The translations under genes and the position numbers were made by a program. A model generated the notes under the pieces. That model searched no databases. It was not told the DNA's origin and was given only the letters and a program-made list of their open reading frames with translations. From Bigelowiella natans CCMP2755 (lineage: Eukaryota; Protista; Cercozoa): a DNA stretch of 64,000 nt. Below, piece after piece: positions 28,394-40,425 of the stretch (the stretch's first letter is position 1; every line of letters begins with the position of its first letter). Where the stretch lies: NCBI GenBank assembly GCA_000320545.1, contig ADNK01003252.1, positions 1-64,000 of the forward strand. The letters run 5' to 3'.

Positions 28394-31300
28394 CTACGTG
28401 CACGTCCACGTCCCCCAATGGAGCTCTTCCCTGAGAGACGAAATTGCGGGCTGGGCTCCAAGTGCTGTTGGCTGGCTGGGTTGCAGAAATTGCGGGCTGG
28501 GCTGCAAATGCTGTTGGCTGGCTGGGTCGCAGCCATGCCAAATCGAGAAGGAATGCCGAAGAAAATGCAGTCTGCCTTCGTGGGTCTGAAGGCATTGACA
28601 ATGGACATGGCAACAGCACGTGCATTGCACGTGTGTCACGTGTGTGACATCACGTGTCTGCAATGTTGTGCTCTGGTCATGGCGACATTGTTCTTCCATG
28701 CCTCCACACAGGGAAGGCAGTTTTTTTTCTGTCTTGTTCATTTTCAATTTCGTGGGTGTCTCGTGGTGTGCAGCCTCGTGTCTTGTTCTCGTTTTGCAGG
28801 CATCCTGTCTTTGTTCCACATTCGCCCCCATGATTGTGCAGTGTCTGGAAGACAGACACTGTGCAATTGTGCAATCCACAGCGCAATTTGCATTCGCCCC
28901 CATCGGAGCTGTGCACACAGCTGTGCACGTGGTCCATGGTGAGATGCGCAAGGAAAGGCACACACACGTGAAGATGTGTGCCATCAAAACCTTGCAGCCC
29001 ACGTGTTCACATGTTGCAGGTTTCTGGATGGACGTGGGGCTTTCACAGGGCGTCCAAGCGGACGTGGGGCCGACAAGGCGAGGGAGCTTGCAAGGTGGAG
29101 CCTTTGCAGTCATTTTTCTTTTTCTGGTGCCTTGCAGCATGATGGTCAGTTTTTCTCTGTGTGATGCAGGGAACAAGAAATCACAGTGTTTCTTGTTGCT
29201 AGGTCCTGGCAGAGCCTTGGTGAGCACATCAGCGGGATTGTCCTCCCCAGGCATTTTGTTCATGCAGATCTGCTTGGTTTGATGGTCATCACGAACATTG
29301 TGACATTCCATCCTCACGTTCTTGCCTTTCTGTGTGAATCCAGGCTTGGCTGCAATGGAGATGGCTGCTTGAGAGTCACAACACACAGGCACAGGTTTCG
29401 GTGTTTTCATCTTTGACTCCTGTGGCAACTGAGTGACATGCACTGACTCTCTGCATGCATCTGATGATGCCACGTGCTCAGCCTCGCCACTGGACATGGC
29501 AACGACCTTTTGCTTGTTGCTCTTCCAGACAACAGGTGCGTTGCTTGACGATGTGAAATGTCCTGAGTGTGATTTGCCTGTTTTCTTGCAGGTCTTCCAG
29601 GAAGCATCGACGTGGGCTTCAAGCTCAGGTTTGGACGCTGCTTTGAAGGTGATTCTTTTGTCCTTTGTGTTGACCAGACATTGCAGCAAGCGCACTGCAG
29701 CGATGTGGTGCATGGTTCTAGGATCTTGACTGTGGGAAGCTAGACGAGATGGAGTGCAGCAGATGTCTGGCCTAGCAGCCACCGCCGCACACATTGCGGC
29801 TCCCATGATGGATCTGCATGCCTTTTGATCCACTTTCTCATGCTCCTCGCATTCGTCTAACTTTGATCCTGTTGTCATTGGTGTTTTTGCTCTTTTTGCA
29901 GGCGTGATGTCGCACTTCTGGGCGAGTCTGGTGAGGTGATCTTCCTGCGATGTCCAATGGTTTCCTTCATTGTCGCTACCAACTCTTGTGCCCAGTGTTT
30001 TCTTCAGCTCGCCTTCATCGCGAAACTCAAACTTGTCGCCCATTCGCTTCATGACAAAGTCCAGGTCTTTCTCATCTTGATGTGCCATGCACGTGTCATC
30101 CACGAAACATGACAACGTGATGATTCTTCCTTGTCTGTGCATCATCATTGGGCAAGGATCGGAGTGAAGCTGGACAAAGCCAATGGCGTTGAGATGCTCG
30201 AGCAAGGTGAGGCTGAACATTGCACTTGCTTGTGTCAGCCCATGAATGCTTTCATTTGCCAGTGGGGCTAGTGGAAGGCCACTGTTGCATGGCCGGATTT
30301 CATCAGGTGTCTTCGGCTTCCACCCTTTGGGCATTTCCATGCACACTTTGCAGTCCATCTTTCCAGTTGGGAAAGCTGCAAGTGCATCTGTCCCGCACAG
30401 TTCAAGCTTGAGGACAGATGCCATGGCTGACATCATCCGAAAACTGCTTGGGGACAACGTCGGGGAATGAGAGAAGAAGAAGTCTTCTCCCGGGATCTGC
30501 GTGAACCCTCGCGCGACCAGCCTTGACTTGCACCGAATGGCATGGTCTGCATTCATTTTCTTCTTGAATGCCCATTCAGATGCAACCAAATTTGCATCCT
30601 TGGGTCGCACCACCAGCGTGAACGTTCCAAGTTTTCGAAGCTGGTGCAGTTCCTCTTCCGCAGAAGGTGTCCAATGCTTCTCATCATCTCCTGTGATTGC
30701 ATCGTCATGCGTCTTGGGAAGGTCCTCGATCTCATGTGCTGATGGAGCTTTTGTGTTCATCAGGCGGTCGCAACAGCTACCAAGTGTTCCGTGACGAACA
30801 CCAGGTACTCCCCTGTTTTCTCTGTTCGACCTTCGAGGCTTGCTTTTTGCTTTTGTTTCAGGCCCACCATCCTCTGGCAACTCGTCAGTTGCACTGGATG
30901 GTTCGGGGGCGTCCGCGTCGGCAGGACCTTCTGGATGAAGGTGCGCCAAAGCCGAATCACTAACTTTGTTTCTCTTCAGCGAAGGAAACTCAAACACTGT
31001 GTGGTGCCATTTAGTTGCACGGACTCTTTCAATTTTCAGCGTCTTCGTGGCGACGAGAAAAGCACCAAATCCATCGTCATGTCCCAACACACGCACGTGT
31101 TCACCTCTAGCACCCACACCACCTGCAGGTCGGAGTTCCTTGTCGATGTGGTTTGCTCCGATGCATCCCCAGGTAGTCAGATTCTTCAGATTTGGTTGCT
31201 CATGGTGCAGTAGTTCTTCAGGCGTTTTTCTACCAGGTGTGCTGCGATGTGAGGTGACGTTGTGGAGACATGCTGCAGTCTGAGCTGCGTAGGACCAGCA

Positions 31301-33415
31301 TCCGACCGGCAAGCGTGCATGTTCTGACATGGCTCTTGTTTTCGCCATGATGGTCTGCACGTGACGCTCGGACATTCCATTTTGCTCAGGTGTTCGGGCG
31401 GTGCTAGGAACCCATTTTGTTCCTTCGGAGGTGAGCCAGCTGTGCAGTTTTGCGCTCACGTGTTCGCCTCCACCATCCGATCTGAATTCGTCTGTGCTTC
31501 CACAACCTGGAAGCTTTCTGATGTGCTTTGTGAACTGTGTGGTTTTCTGCGTAACTTCGCTTTTCTTTCTCAAGAGCTCCAAGGTGACCCACCTTGTTCC
31601 TTCATGTGCGAACATCACGAAACACTTGTGACCATCCATGCTGTTAGGCATGGTCTTTGCATCAGAGTGAATTCCATTCCACATCCGGTTTTTCTTGTGG
31701 ATGACAGGCACACATTTTTGTTTCTTTTTGACAGCATCGTTCTCAATCTTTGCTTTGTTCCGATGCTGTTTCATCCTTTCTTGGGCGCTTAGATCAAAGA
31801 TCGGAGATCTTTTTGTTTTGGCTACATCACAGGCCTTGCAAAAGATCTTCTTTGGCATCTTTGTCATCTTGGAACAAGGCAAACCTTCTGCAACTGCATG
31901 GGTGTCTCTCATCTCATCCGTTGCGATGTGCCCTAGGATGTCATGTGCGTGCTTGATTGGAGATGGCTGCTTCATGGGGTGGGATTTGAATCTTTGTGTG
32001 TTTGCACTTTTGTTCATTTGTTCACATCTCAAATGAAATGGGCCGTCGTCTTGAAAGTCTCCGAACGCGTGTTCCTCTCCGTTGGCGGTGATGCTTGTTC
32101 CTTGTTTTGTTCCTTTGCACTCGCTGCCACTCTTGACTAGTCTGTTCAGAGAGATCACATTGCCTGCAGCTTCTTCAGAGTGCAAAGCTCCTTGCAGAAC
32201 AATTTTGTGCATCTTTCCTTGCTTGTTTTTAGCAGTTAGTTTGACGTCGCCTGCACAATTCACAAAGAATCCTGTCCCATCTTTGCCAACTTCCATGCAT
32301 CGTGGTTGAACAGGTTTCAACTCGTTGAAGAAGTCGCGGTCGCAGAAGAAGTGGTTCATGTTGTTGGCTCCGCTGTCGAGAAGGATCAAAGGCTTGTGGT
32401 TGCACTTCAGCGTTTGCAGGTAAGAATTGTCGCGTGCCATCTTGTCAATGCAAGAGGGTCTTTGGGAAGGGGAGCCATGATCAATGAAGGAATGGTGTTT
32501 TCCTTTGTTCTGCTTGCCTTCATCTCTCATCTTGTTTCTGCATTCCTTTTCCCAATGTCCTTTCTTGCCACAGTGATGGCACTTTGTTCTTTTCTTTGAG
32601 TTCAAGAAACAGTCTTCTCTCTTTTGCTTCTTGGAATTGTCTTGACATGGTTCGCTGTTGCATCTGTTCTTTCCCTTTTTGAATTTCCTCTTGTGGGTCT
32701 TCAGCTGACCTGTGAGTTCGTTTGGCCTTTTCTCCAAGCCATCGTGCATCTTCACGTGTTTGTGTTCTGCACTGGTGTGTCCTGCATGTTTCTTTGAAGG
32801 TCTCTGCCCGTCATCCAATGATCGGGAGTTCATGTGGGAGCGGATCATGTCCACTGCAGAGTCGAAGGCAACATCTTTCTTGTTGTTGATGACTGCAACC
32901 ACAGTCTCGCATTTTTCGCTAGGTGCAAGTCCTCGAAGTGGAGTGGCAAGCGCTTGGTTGTCGGAGCATCCTTCGTGCTGTGCCCGAAGTCTTCTGATCG
33001 TCGAGTCAAGGTCAGAATGATGCTTTGTGAAGTCTCCATTGTGCTGACCCATGTTCACATCACTCAGTTTCGAATGAAGTTTCCTGACGGCTGCAGGATT
33101 GGCAGGCTCGCACTTCTCCAGCAAGGCTGCTGAGGTGACTGCCACGTCTTTGGGTTTTCCTTCGAGCAGATCGAAGAATTTGTCAGGAAGGGTGGCAGTG
33201 AGGAAGAATCTTCCTCTCTTTCTTTTGTTGATCTTTTCTTGTGATCCTCTTCCTTCAGATTTGGGATTGAGGACATCGAATTGCTCCGGGGACAGCTTGA
33301 GCACTTCTCGTCGGTGGGCGGGGTCGGTGCGCACATTGACTTCTGTCACCTTTCCTTCTGTTTCCATGTTGACATTGAAGCATGATTCCAAATCCGCTGC
33401 TTCAAAGGCAGACAT
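28394..33415 (-). pseudogene. Copia B gag-pol polyprotein, open but hypermutated; probably reads through its original stop near 29.1 kb
   Basis: CHHCGKKGHWEKEC knuckle, LLDSGA protease, HDILGH...CKAC, RSDGGGE and PEQNGMSER integrase, CKSRLVARG...FVDD RT, HVDASW...EAEH...NPADVLTK RNase H. Only 2 Tyr in 1673 aa. Confidence 0.92.
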
Positions 33416-34123
33416 CAGCTTGCACGTGTGGGGCTTGTGGTTGCTGCCATCGTGCTTGAGGGTGAAGTTTTTCAGCAGGGAGTCTGTCTGCTTTTCTGAT
33501 GCGTTGTTTCGTTCCTGTTTTCTTTGTTTTTTGGTGCTTTGGAGGCTTGATCGAAGATTGGCTGAGGGAATGCTGTTGTCGCTTTCAGTTCCTTCTTCTG
33601 GAAGGATGTAGCTGAAGGGGGGTGGGGGGTTGCTTGGTTCTTTTCTGAGTCAGTTCTCTGGCAAGTCCTCTTGAGGCTCACAACCTTTTGAGGCTCATGA
33701 CCTTTTGGCGGGCTTGCAGTGGCTGCTGGTGCTTGTGCGCGGGACTGTGTTGTTGATGTGGCAAAGTCAACACGCGGTCTCGTGTGCTTTTGAATTCTGA
33801 TGATGACTTGTGACTTGCGCTGCACGCATGTGCGCATTGGGTTCCGGCGCATTCGCGAAGATTCTCGAATCTTCCAGAATTCTCTCGAATTCTCTCGAGT
33901 GTTCTGGAAGATTCCCGAAGTTTCCGGAACGCTCTCGAAGATTCTGGAAGTGTCTCGAATCTTCCGGAGTGTTCTCGAAGCTTCTGGAAGATTCTCGAAG
34001 ATTCCCGAAGTTCTGAGAACTTCCATGCGCACGTGCGCAGCGCAGCGTGCAGCACGAGTGCACGTGCGCATGCTGCGACAGCTCCTTGATCGTGGGTGGC
34101 GCGGCCAGACCGCTGACAACGGG

Positions 34124-36405
34124 GACAAACCACGTCATTGTCCCCCCTTGCTCCTCCAAATCCAACCGGGCTGAGCGGTGCATCCGGACCACAACCGAGC
34201 TAGCGAGGGTGCTCGCGCCATGCTCGCACATTCTCGACTGCCCCCCTCGTTCTGGGCTGAAGCAGTCAGCTGCTTCGTGCACACACTCACTCGGGTTCCG
34301 ACCCGCACGCCAGGGGGCAAATCGGCCGCTCAGTTGTGGGGCCTCTTTTCCGCCCCCAACTTCACCAAGATCCGTGCGTTTGGCTGCAAGTGCCACGTGG
34401 TCACGCCGCACCAGCTTCGCCTCAAGTCTGAAAGGTTCCTTTCTGCTTCACGGCTCGCCGTGTTCCTCGGACTCACTGAAAGTCGCTCAGGGCATCGAGT
34501 GTGCCTCGATGGGTCTCGCCGTGTCGTTTGCCGGCGACCTGTTGTCTTCCAAGAAGATTCCACTGCCCAGGGGGTTCAGCTCTTCGACAACAAGTCTTCC
34601 CCCACCAACCCTGCCCCTCCCGCCATCGTTCCTCCTTCACCTGAGAGGCCTCCTTTGGCCACGGGAGAAAGTGCAGATTCCGGCAAGGGTGCCAGTGATG
34701 CTGATGGAAGTGACCAAGTCGGCGATGATGCAGGGGATCCCACTTGCAAAAGCACAAGAATTGAAAAACCCAGGGCAACGTTCGCTCCCATGCCAACTGC
34801 GTGCTCGGCTGAGGAATCCACGGATGACCCCACACACGCTGAGGCTGTGAGAGCAGATGAAAGGAAACAATGGGACGACGACGCGTGCAGGAGAGAAATC
34901 GATGCACTCACCCGGAACGGAACTGGAGAGCAGTGCATGCCAAGGACCTCTCAGACGACGAGAGAAGGAAAGTCATGCGGAGCCGCTGGGTGCTCAAGCG
35001 GAAACGTGGATCGACTGGGAAGGTTGTCAAGTGCAAAGCGAGGCTTGTCGCCTGCGGCCACTCCCAGACGGATCCTGCCTTCAACCAGCGCTTCGCTCCC
35101 ACCATGCGCACGTCCACGCTGAGGGTGATGTTCACGATCCAGACGATGGCCAGCACAAAGCGATGGAAAATCACGGTTGCAGACGTGGACAACGCTTTCC
35201 CACACGGGAACCTGACCAGGAAGGAACACACGAAACCTCCAGTCGACTTCGGCAAGCATGTGCCTGACCACAAACGAGGCATGCTCATCCTCCTCATCAA
35301 ATCCATCTGTGGTCTCAAGAACTCTGCTGCCGTCTGGAGCCGTGCCCTTGGAGAGTTCCTGCTCGAACTGGGATTTGCAAGACTGACAAGTGATCCTGGG
35401 GTGTTCTTGTTCAATGAGAAAGGGGTGATCTGCGTGATTGGTGGCTGGGTTGATGAGTTCATCACGATGTGCAATGACGAATCCTTTCACAAGCTCACTG
35501 TCAACAAGCTCAACTCAAAGTTCGGAGTCAAGAACTTGGGGGAGCCCTCCTGGTGCCCAGGGCTCAAGGTCACCAAGCGCGATGATGGATCCTGCGCTCT
35601 GAATCAAGGAACTCTCATCGACAAGGTGCTCGGGCAAGCCGGACTCCTGGGAGCTTCGCCAGTCAGCCTTCCCATGTCGCCCAAATTGCGCTCATGCAAG
35701 TCGGGAAAAGGGGACACACGCGTCGATGGCACAAAACGTCGCAGCATTGTCGGTGGTGCCATGTGCTTGATGACGGGAACGCGCCCAGACGTCTCCTGCG
35801 CTCTCAGTGAGTTGTCTCGGTGCGTGAATGATGCATGCGAACGACACTTGGAAGCTGCACACAACCTTCTCCGCTGTTTGAAGGGAACGAAAGATCACTC
35901 TCTTCCCCTGGGCTGTGGTCCCAAAGACGAGAAAGTGACAATGGAATGCCACGTTGACGCATCTCACGCCTCGGATCTGGACACACGGAGATCGACCACG
36001 GGCCACATCATCACTCTGAACGGCTGCACGGTGATCTGGAAGAGCAAACGTCAACCCATGGTCACCCTCAGTGGCGCCGAGGCTGAATGCGTCGCGCTCA
36101 GCATGGCGATGCGAGACGTGATGTCATTGAAGTCTTTCCTCGAGGAATGCAGCGTTGTTCGCCTGAAGGAACCATCAGTGATTTTCGAGGACAATCAAGC
36201 AGTCATCAAAATGTCAAGTTCCACATGGACAACCCCAAGGGCTCGCCACATGGACATCCGCTGTTGTCACGTCAGAGAGCTCGTGGGTTTGGGAGCTCAC
36301 GAACTCCGCTGCATTCGAATCTCAGACCAACTGGCAGACGCCATCACCAAAGCTGCCAACAAGGAGGCTGTCTTGAAATTTCTGCGCCATGTCTTCAAGG
36401 TGTGA
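34124..36405 (+). pseudogene. Copia A integrase C-terminal part, RT and RNase H, frameshifted and mutated
   Basis: AMLAHSRLPPSFWAEAV, CKARLVACGHSQ, SICGLKNS, CHVDAS, AEAECVA, HMDIRCCHVRE, QLADAITK. The 511-aa ORF has no Tyr. Confidence 0.9.
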
Positions 36406-36511
36406 TGCGGAGATGTGCACTTTGCAGTCCTCACTTTTCACCTGCGATCCAAGGTGTTTTTCGACGCATGGACTGCGGATTTGCTCAGTTCCATTTCCGC
36501 AAGGGGAGAAT

Positions 36512-36730
36512 TGGCATCAGACATGTGCGCGAATTGCTTTGATTCGGAGAGCTCCAACAATGGACATCTGTGACATTCACCAGCTGAGGGGATTTGCAGC
36601 AGGGGCTTCCGGCATTGCCGGGGGGCCGCCCCAAACAATTCACCGGCATGCATGCTTCAGGTGAAATTGGCCAAGATGCATGCACACGGCTGATCAAACG
36701 GTCATCAAAAGATCACAATCCAAACAACCA
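36512..36730 (+). repeat. 3' LTR of copia A, possibly truncated
   Basis: Follows the PPT and matches 24063-24281. No TSD found. Confidence 0.8.
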
Positions 36731-39690
36731 TCTGTTGGACAATGTCTCCTCCCACACACCCGATGATTTGAACCTGTCACGCAGAAGGTTGTCCAAACTG
36801 CAAAAAAACAAAGTGTCAGTTTCGTTTGAAGGTGAATTTCAAACGCAAAGCGCAAAAACCTGTTGTCAGGTTGTGAACCACTTTCACCTTCCGAATCAGA
36901 ACCATCATTGTCACTGTCTTCACCATGGTCGTCAGAAGGGATGTCCTCCTGGCCTCGTTTTCCCACAAACCTTCGTCGCACCTCCCTGTGGCTGGGAAGT
37001 GGGGTTTGGGGTCTGATTCGTCGTCCGTCTCTTCTGAGATGTTGTTTTCCGTGACATTCCAAGACATCATGGCCGGAGGTTCATTGCGTTTTCCACTTGC
37101 TGCGCGGCTGGGCTGTTTTCTTCCACCCTTCTGGTCAGCCATCACTCCATGCACGTGTCGGTTCAAGAATTCGAGTGTGTCCAAATCCACGAAAGTCCAT
37201 GCAAAGTCAAGAAGTCCATCAACGTGAATGGAAGACAAGCTTCAGCACTCCTGCGCCAGTTCAGCAGCACACCTTCTGCACTCTTGAGAGGAAGACGCGA
37301 CGTCAGAGAATTCTCAATTCCAGTTCACACCCAAATCGTCATGAGCATGAGAACAATGATGGGCACTTTCATGAGTGAAACAAACTGGGACGTGGAAAAG
37401 ATCGTGGAGCTCTCTCGCACAGGACGAAGATGCGTGAACTTGGCATTGCCAGTCTTCGGTGGCAGGAAGGTTCAACCTTGCGTCTGTGCCATGTGCATGG
37501 AATTGCCATTGCAACCAGCAGTGGATTTCCATGAATTCTGCAGAAAGAACTCAATGCCCTGCGATGCCACCCCTGTGTGTGTGCTCAGAACAGCGAGCAC
37601 TTGAATGAAAACATCAAAGAAATTGAACGAGAGACACCTGCCCACGTTCACATGGATGGCACGTCTTCTTTGAACACTCTTGGCCACGTGAACTCAATGT
37701 GTGTTCTTCCATTGACACACGAACATCTCACCAAGGACTGCTCACTTCAAGAAGAGTTGTTGACAGACAAAGAGCTCTTGGAATGTCAGACCAAGTTGAC
37801 CAACAGGACACTGCCGGAGGGAGACAATCACTGTGCAAGCTGCGGTTGCAAACTGCACTCGCATGTTTGCGTCAAGATGTGTGGCCATCCTTGGACACCT
37901 GCAATCGTGCGAATGATGGATTCGGGTGTCAAAGATGACGAAGTCAAGGTGTTGTCATTTTCTCCGGAAGCTCTTGCTGCTTTGACACGTGTTGCTGTGG
38001 ATGAAGATGTCGCTCCACAGGAACAGGAGGTTGTGAAGATCAGGAATCCTTCCACGCTTCAAGCTGAAGTCAGGGCTGACAGGACCAAGTTCAAGAAGTC
38101 CAAGGTGTCTTCTGCTCGCAGAAAAGCGTCCAAAAAAGAAAGAAGTGATGTGCATTTTGATGCATTGCGCGCGCCTTGAATGCCTGCAATGTCATTTGAT
38201 TTTGATCAGCACGCATCGCACATGTCAGGCGATTTTCACGTCATTTTGACGCATGCAAACAGATGCTGCTGCTGTTCACAGTGCGTGCGTGGCATCAAAT
38301 GGTTGCGAACAAGTCCCAGAAACATTGTGCACGCTGCTGAACGCGCTTGGTCGCGCGCAAAGCTTCCAAATGCATGTTCTGGCGATTCGTTGCAGGTTTG
38401 ACGGAGCTGTGGACGCTCAGCCAAGCTGCAGATGCTGCAGGTGTGTTCTGTGATCACACACATCGCAATGTGAAGCGCTGCACGCACCCGCGCACGCGCA
38501 CAACTCGCCTTTTGCGCTGCAGCAAAAAGTCACCGGGTTTGACCGCGGCGAGTTGTGTCGCCATGCTGGTCGTCCTTTCTGGCTTTCATTCGATTCGCGC
38601 TGGCACACCCGCTTCAGCACAACCAGCGACAAACGAACGCATCACAGACCAGAAACTCGCATTCTTCATCGCACTCATCTTCGTTTGTGTGTCCCATTGT
38701 CGTTGCCCGTTGCATCGGGCGCTCTAGCGCTCAAGCTAGCTAGTTGGCCGGGTCGAGTTGCGCAGCCACAGCAGCTAGCACAGCCAAATCCTGCTCGGGA
38801 AACGTGCTAGCTGAGGCTGCGCGGACTTGGGGACTGCTGACTGTGCAACAACAACCAGCAAAAGTGAGGCAGCCACCTGTGGACCGCTGGACCGTGCGAA
38901 CTGGCACAACGCTAGCAAAGTGAGCTCAAGGGGACGACGTGCACGACGACTTGTTCAGAAGCACCAACAGCAAAACTTTGCTAGTTTGATCCGAAGTCGA
39001 ATCACCAATTTTTGCGCTGACCCAGTGGCGTTTGATTTTGACCTTCAGCCAGTGGTGAAACAACCTGGCAATGCTGGAAAGTGCTGGAGTGCAGCGGATC
39101 AAACGAAAGAGTGGCGGCGCACGTGCACACGTGTGCAGACGTGCAAATTCACAACGCACGCACGTGCACCACAGCGGCGCGCTAGCGCGTGCAATCGAGG
39201 TCTCATCGCGGGAAACTGCGATTCTGCGAATTGAAGGTCACAGGCAAAAAATCTCAAGTGCAAAGCATTGCGAACACCCAGTTTCACATCGAGTTGTCAG
39301 TTCGATTGCAAGGTGATGGCTGGATCGGATTGGGGCGCATCAGAAGTCCCAGAGTCATCTGCGTCACGATGATGGTGCCATGCGACATCGGGCTTGCCCG
39401 GCAGAGCTGGAGAGACAAACCTGGAAACGGATGGAACGTGAACGTGGGTTCAAACCTCTTTGCAACGTGCACCGTCAGATCGTTTGCAAGCCGTTTGTCC
39501 GTTTTTTGGAATGAAACAATGAATTTGATGAAGACTGGACTAGACCTAGAAACAATGAAACAATGATGAAAAACTGCATTTCCAAAGTGTTGCAAGACAC
39601 TTGCAGCGTGCAAAATGCAGTGCCTCGAACTGGTTTCAGTGAGGACTGTGACTAGCAAATCAACTAGCTGGTTTGCCAAAATGGCATGAC
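36731..39690. repeat. Unclassified TpA-depleted element with protein-like ORFs at 37149-38179 (+)
   Basis: No TA seen until ~38720, then only CTAG. The motif gtttgacggagctgtg is shared with ~43185. Confidence 0.45.
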
Positions 39691-39694
39691 TTGG

Positions 39695-40030
39695 TCATTG
39701 AGAAGCAATGACATTGGCAGCAAAATTCTGACGGCGCAAGACCTCCACTCTGAGCAAAAACTTCCTGAAGGCCATGTCCACATGACGATCTACGATTGGA
39801 TCATCTGAGGGGGCCCCCAGCAGAATTTTTGGTTTTGGAGGAGTCTGGAGCGTCAAAGAATGAAGAGTGGAGGGAAGAAGCTGAACTCAGAGCTGATCTC
39901 ATGTGCGAGAGAAGCTTGCATCTCTCTGCATTCAAGTGAGTGCAATGATGGATGAGGTGGTTGACACTTTGAACAACTTCAGAATTGCAAAGAGGACACA
40001 CCGAGAAAGAGGGGGGCAAGTTGCAAATTT
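39695..40030 (-). mobile_element. 3' fragment of a LINE ORF2 (C-terminal CCHC finger)
   Basis: CPLCNSEVVQSVNHLIHHC followed by DRHVDMAFRKFLLRVE. The last ~95 bp match 55438-55532 in inverted orientation. Confidence 0.7.
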
Positions 40031-40425
40031 TAGCCCTGTGTTCCTCAGTTTCGCAAGTCTAGATCTACAGCTACACGTAGCACATTGCAAAGTACGAAAC
40101 AGTGCTTTACTCGTAGAAGAGTGGAGCGGCCGATTGACTGCAAACTAGTGGATTTTGTAGGCGCGACAACGCTTTTCGATGATTGGACACTAAGGAATTA
40201 CATGTCTTGAGCTAAATCTAGCTGTTATGAATTTCCTTCGGGAGATCAAGCTTTGATTCCAAGAAAAACGATGAGATCTTTGAAGTGCGACAACGATTTA
40301 GGTGAAATTTGACTACACAAAATAGCATGCATTTTGGACATGTGGTTTAATAGTCGACCGACCGACCGTTAGAATTGAAATCCTGCCTGAAGGAAATCAC
40401 AAATCAGCGGATCTGACAAATCAAG

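Larger units (their letters stand above)
27451..34118 (-). mobile_element. Full-length Ty1/copia element B, nested antisense in the copia A integrase
   Basis: 416-bp LTRs at 33703-34118 and 27451-27866. TSD ACGGG at 27446-27450 and 34119-34123. PBS-like GGTCATGAGCC directly after the 5' LTR, and a purine tract before the 3' LTR. Confidence 0.95.
24063..36730 (+). mobile_element. Ty1/copia retrotransposon A, degenerate, carrying two nested insertions
   Basis: Direct repeats at 24063-24281 and 36512-36730. PBS-like GGTCATGAGCC at ~24374; PPT AAGGGGAGA at 36501-36509. Domains in copia order: gag with two CCHC knuckles, protease WTIDSGAT, ARLWHLRLGH, integrase, RT, RNase H. Confidence 0.9.

Noticed and set aside
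28394-33415. Alternative genetic code or an active element with unusual composition
   Set aside because: TA is also missing across codon boundaries and in non-coding DNA, neighbouring genes use Tyr normally, and conserved positions carry both Cys and His.
24058-36735. Target-site duplication for copia A
   Set aside because: The flanks TTGAT and TCTGT do not match even after reverting to TA; the 3' LTR is probably truncated.
22000-39700. Dense overlapping six-frame ORFs as real genes
   Set aside because: They are a by-product of losing TAA and TAG; only frames with TE motifs were accepted.
21700-39800. Classical RIP or methyl-CpG decay as the cause of the CA/TG excess
   Set aside because: RIP creates TpA and stop codons, and CpG decay removes CG. 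Here TpA is lost, CG is plentiful, and Tyr->Cys/His changes fix the direction as A->G / T->C.
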